From: Promethearchaeum syntrophicum
Lineage (GTDB): Archaea > Asgardarchaeota > Lokiarchaeia > Sigyniarchaeales > Promethearchaeaceae
DNA: 32,000 nucleotides
Assembly: GCF_008000775.2 (NCBI RefSeq)
Contig: NZ_CP042905.2
Location: 2,580,001-2,612,000 of the forward strand
Direction: 5' to 3'
Below, piece after piece: positions 1-12,900 of the stretch. A program made the translations under genes and the position numbers. The notes under the pieces are model-generated. The model searched no databases. It was not told where the DNA came from and was given only the letters and a program-made list of their open reading frames with translations. The stretch's first letter is position 1. Every line of letters starts with the position of its first letter.

Positions 1-977
1 TTTCTTTTAACTCTTTGGATTCTGTCCCAGCTCCTTATGCTTTTCTAAATAATTTACTTAACCGATTTTTTCCCCCCTCAGAAAAAGATCCTATCATTCC
101 TCTTGATAACCACGAATTCCGGGTAAATTTATATACCGGAATTTATGAATTAACTCGTAGACCTTATTCAACTATTGATAAGATATTACATCGAACCTAT
201 AGTGAAGATATTTATGAAATTACAGCGAATTCAAATGGAGAATTAAATGTTTTTGGTATTCCTTTTATTGAAATTGAACCTTTTCTTCTGCAAGATACAT
301 CTGGATATGGTCTTTATTTAGCATTTATTGTTGATGAAGAGGGTAAAATTACTCATTTCTATATGAATGACTCTCCTGTGGTAGCCTTTGAAAAATTAGC
401 TGATTATGATACAAATTCATTTCAGCTTGGTTTCTTTATTTTTATTTCTTCAATATTTGGATTGAGTATTATTTATTGGTTAAGTAAAGGAATTTTTGAA
501 CTAATCAAAGAGCGAAAGGAGCGAAAAGAACAAAAATCAAGAGATATAACAAAAGAAACGATTAATCAAAAAAACACATCAAAATCTGATGTTCAGATAT
601 CTAATGTATTCAAAGAGAAAAATAAACCAAAAATCACTTCCGGTCTTCCTTATTTATTGGTTTTTGCAGAAATCCTCATTAATATAATCTTTGGATTGCT
701 TTTATTTCCCAATTTGACGACGAGGTTTATTCCAGGATACGATTTTGAGACAAATATAAATAAAATCTTAATAATGCCAATTTTCTTCATAGTAATGGTA
801 ATTGGGACAATTATTTATGCGGTTTTAGGGTGGTTTGAATTAACAGTTGATAAATCAAAACGAAAATGGTCCCATTGGGATCAAATTCATTATACAATAA
901 TTGCGATAGCAGGCATTGGATGGATTTGGTTCCTCAATTACTGGAATCTTATAGGCTTATTCTCTGAAGGAATATAA
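1..977 (+). CDS. C-terminal part of a serine beta-lactamase / penicillin-binding-protein-family hydrolase with C-terminal transmembrane segments (5'-truncated by window edge)
   Basis: Frame is open upstream of the listed TTG at 15 to the window edge. The segment DNHEFRVNLYTGIYE...PFIEIEPFLLQD...LAFIVDEEGKITHFYMNDSPVVAFEKL resembles the C-terminal domain that follows the catalytic domain in membrane-associated beta-lactamase-family proteins. Hydrophobic TM segments follow. The catalytic motifs are not in the window. Confidence 0.6.
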   Translation, partial: SFNSLDSVPAPYAFLNNLLNRFFPPSEKDPIIPLDNHEFRVNLYTGIYELTRRPYSTIDKILHRTYSEDIYEITANSNGELNVFGIPFIEIEPFLLQDTSGYGLYLAFIVDEEGKITHFYMNDSPVVAFEKLADYDTNSFQLGFFIFISSIFGLSIIYWLSKGIFELIKERKERKEQKSRDITKETINQKNTSKSDVQISNVFKEKNKPKITSGLPYLLVFAEILINIIFGLLLFPNLTTRFIPGYDFETNINKILIMPIFFIVMVIGTIIYAVLGWFELTVDKSKRKWSHWDQIHYTIIAIAGIGWIWFLNYWNLIGLFSEGI

Positions 978-1074
978 AATAACCAGCTAAGAATTCTAGA
1001 CTAAATAAATTGAAATTTCATACGTAAACAATTTTTTTTTAAAAGTGTAAAAATAAACGGAAAGGAAAAAAATA

Positions 1075-1872
1075 ATGGAAAATAATGAATCTGTATTGGT
1101 AAATGTCGAATCATTATCAAAATCTTTTGAAAATGTGCAAGCTGTAGATAATCTCTCATTTCAAATTCGAAAAGGAGAAATTTATGGATTGTTAGGACCA
1201 AACGGGGCAGGAAAAACAACCACGATTAAATTAATTTTAGGTTTATTAGAGGCTGATGCTGGAGATATAACAGTTTTAGGTCTTAAACCAGAAAATGATG
1301 AGGTTGAAATTAAGAACCAGATTGGATATGTCTCTGAAGAACCATTAATTTACAAATCTTTGACACCGAAGGAATTATTTAATTTTATTGCTTCTATTCG
1401 TAAATTAGATGGTGCTAAAGTTACAATGAAGTTAGCTGAATATTTAGAAGGTTTGGGTGCAATTGAGTATTATGAACGCTTAATTTCTACTTTATCAAGA
1501 GGAAATAAACAAAAAGTACAAATAATTGCAGCAATTTTACATGATCCAGAAATTCTGATAATGGATGAACCTTTAGCAGGATTAGATGCCAAATCGGTTA
1601 AAGTTGTAAAAGAAATTGTAGATTTACATACTAAAAGAGGAGGATCTGTTCTGTTTTCCACACATATCATGGAAGTCGCTGAAGATATTTGTGATCGCAT
1701 CGGAATTATTAATGAAGGAAAATTAGTTGCAGAAGGTAATTTTGAAGAACTCCGCCAAAAAGCCAATGCTCTTGGAGAAAATGTCGATTTAGAAGACATA
1801 TTCCTAAAACTCACAGAACAAGACGAATCAATAAATGAAATTGTTGAAAAACTCCGAACCACAATGATATGA
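1075..1872 (+). CDS. ABC transporter ATP-binding protein
   Basis: Walker A GPNGAGKTTT, signature-like LSRGNKQKVQ, Walker B ILIMDEPLAGLD, and the H-loop region VLFSTHIMEV. Confidence 0.96.
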   Translation: MENNESVLVNVESLSKSFENVQAVDNLSFQIRKGEIYGLLGPNGAGKTTTIKLILGLLEADAGDITVLGLKPENDEVEIKNQIGYVSEEPLIYKSLTPKELFNFIASIRKLDGAKVTMKLAEYLEGLGAIEYYERLISTLSRGNKQKVQIIAAILHDPEILIMDEPLAGLDAKSVKVVKEIVDLHTKRGGSVLFSTHIMEVAEDICDRIGIINEGKLVAEGNFEELRQKANALGENVDLEDIFLKLTEQDESINEIVEKLRTTMI

Positions 1873-1882
1873 GGTAAAATAA

Positions 1883-3601
1883 ATGAAAAGTAAAGAACTC
1901 TACAAAATATCGAATTATGTTTATAATGAATCTTTTTTACAATCGCATTTAGATATGTCGGGAGCGAATGTTTCTTCAGTCATGGAAAAAATGGAAAAGA
2001 ATAAGAAGTATATTAAAAATCAAGTTATTTTTACGAAAATAATAATGGTATTATATGTTTCCTTCTTAATTTTCCTTCCAATTACAGGTTATCTTCAGAT
2101 CCAAAATGCAATAAACGAAGGAGTTTCAATAACATGGGTCCTTTTTTTAGGGGGGGCAGTAAATGGAGCTTATTTTCTTTTTCAATTTGCATATCTATTA
2201 ATGTTTGGAATGTTTAGTTCTACAGGACTGTTCACAGGGAATTTATTTCACTGGATATCTACTTTGCCAATAAAAAGAAAGGACATGAATAAAATTGGAA
2301 TGATGACATTATTCCGTGTTATTGATGCACAATTTATTGCCTTAATGTTAATATTTCCCCTTGCAACTGCCATTATCACCAAAAGTATAATAATTACTCT
2401 CATTAGTCTAGGATTATCTACTCTAAATACAATTTTTTCCTTTAATGTATTGATAATTTTATCGAAAAAATTTGCAGGAGTTATTAAAGGGGCAGATTCC
2501 AATGCTAAAGGCTCTAATTTAGCGCGAATTTTATTCTTGGTTGGTTATCTAGCAACAACTATGTTTGCAGTAATAGGGATACAATTTCTTCCTGAAGTTA
2601 TCAATTCGCTATATTATCAAGTACCTCCAAACCTAGCTTTATTTGAAACTTTAAATCAATGGATTAGTTTAATCCCCTTTCCTGTAAGTGGAGGTTATTT
2701 ATTAACTAGCTTTCTAATTGGATTAAATAATGTCGGAATGAATTTAATTCTACCAATATTAGTTGGTTTGGCCATTTTCGCTCTTATAGACTATGTTATG
2801 CTTAAAAAATCTCTTAAAATCATGAATGATGTCATTATTTCAAGATCAGATTCAAAAAAGCAAAATTTCAAGGTTTCTACTGTATCAGATGTTTCAGTTA
2901 CTGTTGTTTCCCCCATTAAAGCTTTTTTTCAAAGAGATAAAAGCATGATATTAAGAGATATCCAAGCTATCATTTTTATAATTATTCCTGTGATTTTACC
3001 ATGGATACCCTTTTTTATCATGATAAGACCTGAAACAGGATTTGTTGAAATTGAAGGATTTGGGGTTATGGAATTGATTTATTGCGTGATGGGAGCAACT
3101 ATGAATATATTGGGTTTAACAATGGTTGAGAAATCCGGAGCAACGATTAATGCTTCATTACCTATCATTGTACGTGATCAAGTTAAAGCAAGGTTGAAAT
3201 GGGCATTTAGTATAATACCTTTGGGTACTTTACTTCCAGTTGTTATGTACATTGGAAATTCTCTTTTTTGGGATGTCTTCATTATCCAAATTTCAATTTC
3301 TTTTGTTGGCTTACTAATTGGAACATTCTCATTATTATTGTGGATTAGATTATTTGGAAAAATGAAAAAAAAATATGTTTTAGACGAAATCCATTTTAGA
3401 TATAAGATTGCAAAAAATATTTTAATTGTTGTTATAGACTTCATTCTCTTGGTGCTTCTTACTATCGGTTTTGTAATATTGTTAAATTCTTGGAATCTTA
3501 GTAAATTTTCTATAATAATTTTCCCGATTGAATTAGTTCTGGCATTAATTTTATATCTTGTATATAACAAAATGTTTCCCAAACCAAAAAAAATCAATTA
3601 A
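1883..3601 (+). CDS. ABC transporter permease-like multi-pass membrane protein
   Basis: Many hydrophobic TM segments over 572 aa. Starts 10 bp after the ABC ATPase on the same strand. Confidence 0.75.
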   Translation: MKSKELYKISNYVYNESFLQSHLDMSGANVSSVMEKMEKNKKYIKNQVIFTKIIMVLYVSFLIFLPITGYLQIQNAINEGVSITWVLFLGGAVNGAYFLFQFAYLLMFGMFSSTGLFTGNLFHWISTLPIKRKDMNKIGMMTLFRVIDAQFIALMLIFPLATAIITKSIIITLISLGLSTLNTIFSFNVLIILSKKFAGVIKGADSNAKGSNLARILFLVGYLATTMFAVIGIQFLPEVINSLYYQVPPNLALFETLNQWISLIPFPVSGGYLLTSFLIGLNNVGMNLILPILVGLAIFALIDYVMLKKSLKIMNDVIISRSDSKKQNFKVSTVSDVSVTVVSPIKAFFQRDKSMILRDIQAIIFIIIPVILPWIPFFIMIRPETGFVEIEGFGVMELIYCVMGATMNILGLTMVEKSGATINASLPIIVRDQVKARLKWAFSIIPLGTLLPVVMYIGNSLFWDVFIIQISISFVGLLIGTFSLLLWIRLFGKMKKKYVLDEIHFRYKIAKNILIVVIDFILLVLLTIGFVILLNSWNLSKFSIIIFPIELVLALILYLVYNKMFPKPKKIN

Positions 3602-3833
3602 AATCCTAATATAGTGACTTTTGTCATTATTTTTTCTTTTTAAATTTAGCTTTCTTCTTCTTAATCTTAATTTTTCTCAGAAGTCAATCCATTTTTTCAG
3701 TCTCGAACTTTAAGATGTTTTTTGAAAATTTTTCATAATGTTATAATTTATAGCGCTAGGACCAATTATTATAACTAATTAAATAATTGGTTAGTCTGCT
3801 GTAACTCAATTAAAGAATTTATTACAGCTTGTA

Positions 3834-3863
3834 GAATTCGATATAAATAATCATTGAATTCGA
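3834..3863 (+). promoter_or_regulatory. Candidate promoter of the giant surface-protein gene: TATAAATA (3842-3849) bracketed by direct repeats GAATTCGA
   Basis: GAATTCGA at 3834-3841 and 3856-3863 (22-bp period) on either side of the TATA-like element, 60-67 bp upstream of the ATG at 3909. Confidence 0.35.
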
Positions 3864-3908
3864 CTTATGACCTATAATTATTTGAACTACTAGAAGGAAA
3901 AGATTAAA

Positions 3909-6900
3909 ATGATTTTAACCAAGATTTTGAAAGGGAAAATCTTTCATAAAGTAAAGAAAAGATCACCTCTTACGAAATATTTATTTTCATTTTTGCTTTT
4001 TCTCTCATTTTCTGCTGTATTATCGGGAATTCAAATATATCCCACAACTCTCGATAATTTTGAAAATGGAGACCAAGCAAAAGAAGATATTTCTCATGAT
4101 TTTCTCGCAATGATTCCAAAAGCAAGTATCGGACCAACCATTGAGAATTTAACCAAAACTGATCTACTTGAATTGGGAGATTATGCAAATATTACAGTCG
4201 ACATAAACCACACCAATGGAGTGGATACAGCTTTCATCGAGATCGGTGGTACTAATTATACCATGACAAAAGGAGCTGGGGTTAACGAATATAACTATAC
4301 ATGGCAACCAAGCGCAGTGGGAAACATCCCTTTCACAATTTATGCTAATGATAGCGTTGGGGGAGAATGGAGTTCACTCCCAGAAGATTCAATCAATGTT
4401 CAAGATACAACTGGACCTTCATTATCATTTTTAACTAAAGTTAATGGTGATCCAACCGAGTTAGGAGTAAATGTTACAATTCGAATCACAGCAACCGATT
4501 TATCAACAGTTGATAGAGTATGGATCAATTTCGATGGAACTAATTACTCAATGAACTCTCTACCGGCTGATGTATACAATTATTCCGCACCACATCCAGT
4601 CGGGACTTATGGATTTACCATTTATGCCAATGATACAGAGGGGAATGAAGCAACTCCAGTTGTAAACTCCATCAGCGTTGAAGACACAATCATCCCAGAC
4701 ATAAATAATGTAGTGGAAGTTAGTGGAGATCCGGTCGAATTTGGAGATTCCATTTATATCCGAGTAAATGTAACCGATTTATCAACGATTGATGATGTCT
4801 GGATTGATTTAGATGGAACTAATTATACTATGAACTACATCAGTGATGATATGTATTATTACACTGCATCTCCGGCAGTTGGGTTACACACCTATACCAT
4901 TTATGCTAATGATACTACAGGAAATGAAGGTTCTACAGGTCCTTATACTATTACTGTATCAGATACAATTGCCCCAACAATATCGAATGTTGTGGAAGTG
5001 AGTGGAGATCCAGTCGAATTTAATGGAGCTATCTATATCAGAGTTAATGTAACCGATTTATCAGGTGTTGATGATGTCTGGATTGATTTAGATGGAACCA
5101 ATTATACTATGATCTACATCAGTGATGATATGTATTATTACACTACATCTCCGGCAATTGGGTTGCACACCTATACAATTTATGCTAACGATACTGAAGG
5201 AAATGAAGGTTCTACAATTGCTTATACTATTACTGTATCAGATACAATTGCCCCAACAATATCGAATGTTGTGGAAGTGAGTGGAGATCCAGTCGAATTT
5301 AATGGAGCTATCTATATCAGAGTTAATGTAACCGATTTATCAGGTGTTGATGATGTCTGGATTGATTTAGATGGAACCAATTATACTATGATCTACATCA
5401 GTGATGATATGTATTATTACACTACATCTCCGGCAATTGGGTTGCACACCTATACCATTTATGCTAACGATACTGAAGGAAATGAAGGTTCTACAATTGC
5501 TTATACTATTACTGTATCAGATACAATTGCCCCAACAATATCGAATGTTGTGGAAGTGAGTGGAGATCCAGTCGAATTTAATGGAGCTATCTATATCAGA
5601 GTTAATGTAACCGATTTATCGGGTGTTGATGATGTCTGGATTGATTTAGATGGAACCAATTATACTATGATCTACATCAGTGATGATATGTATTATTACA
5701 CTACATCTCCGGCAATTGGGTTGCACACCTATACCATTTATGCTAACGATACTGAAGGAAATGAAGGAGCCACATTGGCTGATACAATCACCGTGGAAGA
5801 CACTATCGATCCGGTATTAGATGTTCCGGTTGAAGTGAGTGGAGATCCTGTCGAATTTAATGGAGCCATCTATATCAGAGTTAATGTAACCGATTTATCA
5901 ACGATTGATGATGTGTGGATCGATTTAGATGGGACCAATTACACCATGATCTACATCAGTGATGATATGTATTATTACACTACATCTCCGGCAGTTGGGT
6001 TACACACTTATACCATTTATGCTAACGATACTGAAGGAAATGAAGGTTCTACAGGTCCTTATACAATCACCGTAGAAGACACTATCGATCCGGTATTAGA
6101 TGTTCCGGTTGAAGTGAGTGGAGATCCGGTTGAATTTAATGGAGCCATCTATATCAGAGTTAATGTAACCGATTTATCAACGATTGATGATGTCTGGATT
6201 GATTTAGATGGAACTAATTATACTATGAACTACATCAGTGATGATATGTATTATTACACTGCATCTCCGGCAGTTGGGTTACACACTTATACAATATATG
6301 CTAATGATACTTCAGGAAATGAAGGTTCTACAGGTCCTTATACTATTACTGTATCAGATACAATTGCCCCAACAATATCGAATGTTGAGGAAGTGAGTGG
6401 AGATCCGGTTGAATTTAATGGAGCCATCTATATCAGAGTAAACGTGACCGATATATCAGGTGTTGATGATGTCTGGATTGATTTCGATGGAACCAATTAT
6501 ACTATGATCTACATTAGTGATGATATGTATTATTACACTACATCTCCGGCAATTGGGTTGCACACCTATACCATTTATGCTAACGATACTGAAGGAAATG
6601 AAGGTTCTACAATTGCTTATACTATTACTGTATCAGATACAATTGCCCCAACAATATCGAATGTTGTGGAAGTGAGTGGAGATCCGGTTGAATTTAATGG
6701 AGCTATCTATATCAGAGTTAATGTAACCGATTTATCAGGTGTAGATGATGTCTGGATTGATTTAGATGGAACCAATTATACTATGATCTACATCAGTGAT
6801 GATATGTATTATTACACTGCATCTCCAGCAGTTGGGTTACACACCTATACCATTTATGCTAATGATACCGAAGGAAATGAAGGAGCCACATTGGCTGATA

Positions 6901-9900
6901 CAATCACCGTAGAAGACACTATCGATCCGGTATTAGATGTTCCGGTTGAAGTGAGTGGTGATCCTGTCGAATTTAATGGAGCCATCTATATCAGAGTTAA
7001 TGTAACCGATTTATCAACGATTGATGATGTGTGGATCGATTTAGATGGGACCAATTACACCATGATCTACATCAGTGATGATATGTATTATTACACTACA
7101 TCTCCGGCAGTTGGGTTACACACTTATACCATTTATGCTAACGATACTGAAGGAAATGAAGGTTCTACAGGTCCTTATACAATCACCGTAGAAGACACTA
7201 TCGATCCGGTATTAGATGTTCCGGTTGAAGTGAGTGGTGATCCTGTCGAATTTAATGGAGCCATCTATATCAGAGTTAATGTAACCGATTTATCAACGAT
7301 TGATGATGTGTGGATCGATTTAGATGGGACCAATTACACCATGATCTACATCAGTGATGATATGTATTATTACACTACATCTCCGGCAGTTGGGTTACAC
7401 ACTTATACCATTTATGCTAACGATACTGAAGGAAATGAAGGTTCTACAGGTCCTTATACAATCACCGTAGAAGACACTATCGATCCGGTATTAGATGTTC
7501 CGGTTGAAGTGAGTGGAGATCCGGTTGAATTTAATGGAGCCATCTATATCAGAGTTAATGTAACCGATTTATCAACGATTGATGATGTCTGGATTGATTT
7601 AGATGGAACTAATTATACTATGAACTACATCAGTGATGATATGTATTATTACACTGCATCTCCGGCAGTTGGGTTACACACTTATACAATATATGCTAAT
7701 GATACTTCAGGAAATGAAGGTTCTACAGGTCCTTATACTATTACTGTATCAGATACAATTGCCCCAACAATATCGAATGTTGAGGAAGTGAGTGGAGACC
7801 CGACCCAATCAGGATCAAATGTCTATATTCGAGTAAATGTGTCCGATTTATCAACGATTGATGATGTCTGGATCGATTTCGATGGAACCAATTATACTAT
7901 GATCTACATTAGTGATGATATGTATTACTTCTCTAGCTTGTATGTTATCGGAACATATCCTTATTCAATTTATGCTAATGATACATACGGTAACCAAGAT
8001 TCACTTACTGGTTTCGATATTGAGGTTTCAGATACAACACCACCTATAATCTCAAATATTGTTGAAGTAAGTAATGATCCAACAGAATTCAATAGTGATA
8101 TTTATATACGTGTTAATGTAACCCATCCTGTTGGAGTTGATGATGTATGGATTGAATTTAATGGAATTAATTTCACTATGACACCATTGGGAGGGATTAT
8201 GTATTATTACACGGCAACATACGGTATAAACACCTACTCATATACAATTTATTCGAATAGTACAATCGGAATTGAAGGTTCCTCAGGACCTTATACTATC
8301 ACTGTTTCAGACAATACTGATCCTTCCTTAGATATTCCTGTTGAAGTGAGTGGAGATCCAGTCGAATTTAATGGAGCCATCTATATCCGAGTTAATGTAA
8401 CCGATTTATCAACAATTGATGATGTCTGGATTGATTTAGATGGAACCAATTATACTATGATCTACATCAGTGATGATATGTATTATTACACTGCATCTCC
8501 AGCGGTTGGAATATACACTTATACCATTTATGCCAACGACACCTACGAGAATGAAGGTTCTACAGGTCCTTATACAATCACCATAGAAGACACTATCGAT
8601 CCAGTTTTATCCAATGTTGTGGAAGTGAGTGGAGATCCAGTCGAATTTAATGGAGCCATCTATATCAGAGTTAATGTAACCGATTTATCAACGATTGATG
8701 ATGTGTGGATCGATTTAGATGGGACCAATTACACCATGATCTACATCAGTGATGATATGTATTATTACACTACATCTCCGGCAGTTGGGTTACACACTTA
8801 TACCATTTATGCTAACGATACTGAAGGAAATGAAGGTTCTACAGGTCCTTATACAATCACCGTAGAAGACACTATCGATCCGGTATTAGATGTTCCGGTT
8901 GAAGTGAGTGGAGATCCGGTTGAATTTAATGGAGCCATCTATATCAGAGTTAATGTAACCGATTTATCAACGATTGATGATGTGTGGATCGATTTAGATG
9001 GGACCAATTACACCATGATCTACATCAGTGATGATATGTATTATTACACTACATCTCCGGCAGTTGGGTTACACACTTATACCATTTATGCTAACGATAC
9101 TGAAGGAAATGAAGGTTCTACAGGTCCTTATACAATCACCGTAGAAGACACTATCGATCCGGTATTAGATGTTCCGGTTGAAGTGAGTGGAGATCCGGTT
9201 GAATTTAATGGAGCCATCTATATCAGAGTTAATGTAACCGATTTATCAACGATTGATGATGTGTGGATCGATTTAGATGGGACCAATTACACCATGATCT
9301 ACATCAGTGATGATATGTATTATTACACTACATCTCCGGCAGTTGGGTTACACACTTATACCATTTATGCTAACGATACTGAAGGAAATGAAGGTTCTAC
9401 AGGTCCTTATACAATCACCGTAGAAGACACTATCGATCCGGTATTAGATGTTCCGGTTGAAGTGAGTGGAGATCCGGTTGAATTTAATGGAGCCATCTAT
9501 ATCAGAGTTAATGTAACCGATTTATCAACGATTGATGATGTGTGGATCGATTTAGATGGGACCAATTACACCATGATCTACATCAGTGATGATATGTATT
9601 ATTACACTACATCTCCGGCAGTTGGGTTACACACTTATACCATTTATGCTAACGATACTGAAGGAAATGAAGGTTCTACAGGTCCTTATACAATCACCGT
9701 AGAAGACACTATCGATCCGGTATTAGATGTTCCGGTTGAAGTGAGTGGAGATCCGGTTGAATTTAATGGAGCCATCTATATCAGAGTTAATGTAACCGAT
9801 TTATCAACGATTGATGATGTGTGGATCGATTTAGATGGGACCAATTACACCATGATCTACATCAGTGATGATATGTATTATTACACTACATCTCCGGCAG

Positions 9901-12900
9901 TTGGGTTACACACTTATACCATTTATGCTAACGATACTGAAGGAAATGAAGGTTCTACAGGTCCTTATACAATCACCGTAGAAGACACTATCGATCCGGT
10001 ATTAGATGTTCCGGTTGAAGTGAGTGGAGATCCGGTTGAATTTAATGGAGCCATCTATATCAGAGTTAATGTAACCGATTTATCAACGATTGATGATGTG
10101 TGGATCGATTTAGATGGGACCAATTACACCATGATCTACATCAGTGATGATATGTATTATTACACTACATCTCCGGCAGTTGGGTTACACACCTATACCA
10201 TTTATGCTAATGATACCGAAGGAAATGAAGGAGCCACATTGGCTGATACAATCACCGTAGAAGACACTATCGATCCGGTATTAGATGTTCCGGTTGAAGT
10301 GAGTGGAGATCCGGTTGAATTTAATGGAGCCATCTATATCAGAGTTAATGTAACCGATTTATCAACGATTGATGATGTCTGGATTGATTTAGATGGAACT
10401 AATTATACTATGAACTACATCAGTGATGATATGTATTATTACACTGCATCTCCGGCAGTTGGGTTACACACTTATACAATATATGCTAATGATACTTCAG
10501 GAAATGAAGGTTCTACAGGTCCTTATACTATTACTGTATCAGATACAATTGCCCCAACAATATCGAATGTTGAGGAAGTGAGTGGAGACCCGACCCAATC
10601 AGGATCAAATGTCTATATTCGAGTAAATGTGTCCGATTTATCAACGATTGATGATGTCTGGATCGATTTCGATGGAACCAATTATACTATGATCTACATT
10701 AGTGATGATATGTATTACTTCTCTAGCTTGTATGTTATCGGAACATATCCTTATTCAATTTATGCTAATGATACATACGGTAACCAAGATTCACTTACTG
10801 GTTTCGATATTGAGGTTTCAGATACAACACCACCTATAATCTCAAATATTGTTGAAGTAAGTAATGATCCAACAGAATTCAATAGTGATATTTATATACG
10901 TGTTAATGTAACCCATCCTGTTGGAGTTGATGATGTATGGATTGAATTTAATGGAATTAATTTCACTATGACACCATTGGGAGGGATTATGTATTATTAC
11001 ACGGCAACATACGGTATAAACACCTACTCATATACAATTTATTCGAATAGTACAATCGGAATTGAAGGTTCCTCAGGACCTTATACTATCACTGTTTCAG
11101 ACAATACTGATCCTTCCTTAGATATTCCTGTTGAAGTGAGTGGAGATCCAGTCGAATTTAATGGAGCCATCTATATCAGAGTTAATGTAACCGATTTATC
11201 AACGATTGATGATGTGTGGATCGATTTAGATGGGACCAATTACACCATGATCTACATCAGTGATGATATGTATTATTACACTGCATCTCCGGCAGTTGGG
11301 TTACACACTTATACCATTTATGCTAACGATACCGAAGGAAATGAAGGTTCTACAGGTCCTTATACAATCACCGTAGAAGACACTATCGATCCGGTCTTAT
11401 CCAATGTTGTGGAAGTGAGTGGAGATCCAGTCGAATTTAATGGAGCCATCTATATCAGAGTTAATGTAACCGATTTATCAACAATTAATGATGTCTGGAT
11501 TGATTTAGATGGAACCAATTATACTATGATCTACATCAGTGATGATATGTATTATTACACCACATCTCCGGCAGTTGCGGTGCACACCTATACCATTTAT
11601 GCTAATGATACTGAAGGAAATGAAGGTTCTACAGGTCCTTATACAATCACCATAGAAGACACTATTGGCCCTATTTTATCAAACTTAGTCGAAGTGAGTG
11701 GTGATCCAACCCAATCCGGTCAAGATATATATATCCGTCTAAATGTATCTGATTTCTCAACTTTAGACGATGTATGGATCGATTTTGATGGAATAAATTA
11801 TACGATGACTCCACTGAGTGGTGATATGTATTACTACACAGATTCTTATGGTTTCGGTGTGTATTCGTATACAATCTATGCTAATGATACTTATGGTAAC
11901 ACAGCCTCAATATTAGGCCCAGATATTACAGTTACGGATATAACTGCACCTATTATATCTAATTTAGTTGAAGTTAGTGGCGATCCTGTTGAATTTAATG
12001 GATCAATTTATATTCGGATAAATGTGACAGATCCATCAGGAGTAGATTCTGTGTGGATCGATTTCGATGGGACAAATTACACGATGACTTCACTAAGTGG
12101 TGATATGTATTATTACTCTACTTCACCTGCTGTTGGTACCCATAATTATACTATATATGCAAATGATACATATGGAAATGAGGGTATGATTTCAGGAGAT
12201 ATTTCAGTATCAGAAATTGTCCAATCTATTATCATCTTCGACCTTACTGATTATGCTACAGATTCATTAGCTGCTGATTCTGATTTTAATGTATCCTTAC
12301 CAATTGATAATAGCAGTACGATGGACTGGGCAAAAGTATATTTTATAATTGTTTCTGGACCTAGTTCTGCAGCACCAGGTGATAATTGGACGCCAATTGA
12401 TCTTGTAAATGGCCAAGCAACTATTTCATCAGAATACTATGATTCTGGAGATACACTATCCTACTATTTTGAAATCAGAGATACTGATGGGAATATCTTT
12501 TATGTTTTCAGTTCGGGAATAAGTACGAGTAATGCTACAGCTCAGACAGCTGCCTTTTCATTCGAAATAACCAATGCTACAGGAGGAACACCACTACCTT
12601 TTGATATCATGCAATATCTGCCTTATATATTAGGAGGTGTGGGAGTATTAGCGGTCATTTTAGTTTCTGTAGGAATCAAAAAATCGGCATCAAAGAGATC
12701 TATTTCTAAGAAAGATCTCCGCAATATGAAGGAAGCGGGTGATGCTGCAAAAGAATTACTTGAACGACAGAAAACCATACAAAAAGAAGCGAGTTATGCA
12801 GAGAAGAATAAGGATTATTACACAGTGGTTTTATTGTATGAAAAATTAATCGAAATTGCCGATGCCTTGTTCAAATTTGGTCGACCGGAAGCAGCAGATG

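Larger units (their letters stand above)
4437..12248 (+). repeat. Tandem array, 28 x 279 bp (93 codons each), no indels detected in unit phase
   Basis: The E codon of EVSGDP at 4716 (unit 2) and 11970 (unit 28) are 7254 bp = 26 x 279 apart. Unit 1 starts at 4437. A further degenerate unit lies upstream (GGTNYTMTKGAG...TIYANDSVGG). Confidence 0.95.

Noticed and set aside
1001-1219. Minus-strand 72-aa ORF, and many similar 60-90 aa ORFs (2248-2502, 3970-4188, 11671-11874, 12846-13082, 14465-14650, 14903-15142, 16094-16288, 16838-17095, 24147-24338, 29718-29984, 31213-31422)
   Set aside because: They lie opposite or out of frame within well-supported coding regions and show low-complexity translations. 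They are consistent with shadow ORFs.
1470-1862. 130-aa minus-strand ORF
   Set aside because: Antisense to the ABC ATPase gene, whose Walker motifs clearly support the plus strand.
3178-3597. 139-aa minus-strand ORF
   Set aside because: Antisense shadow of the permease C-terminus, with no recognisable domain.
4437-12248. CRISPR array or other short-repeat-spacer structure
   Set aside because: The repeats are 279 bp, contiguous, in frame and protein-coding, with no spacers.
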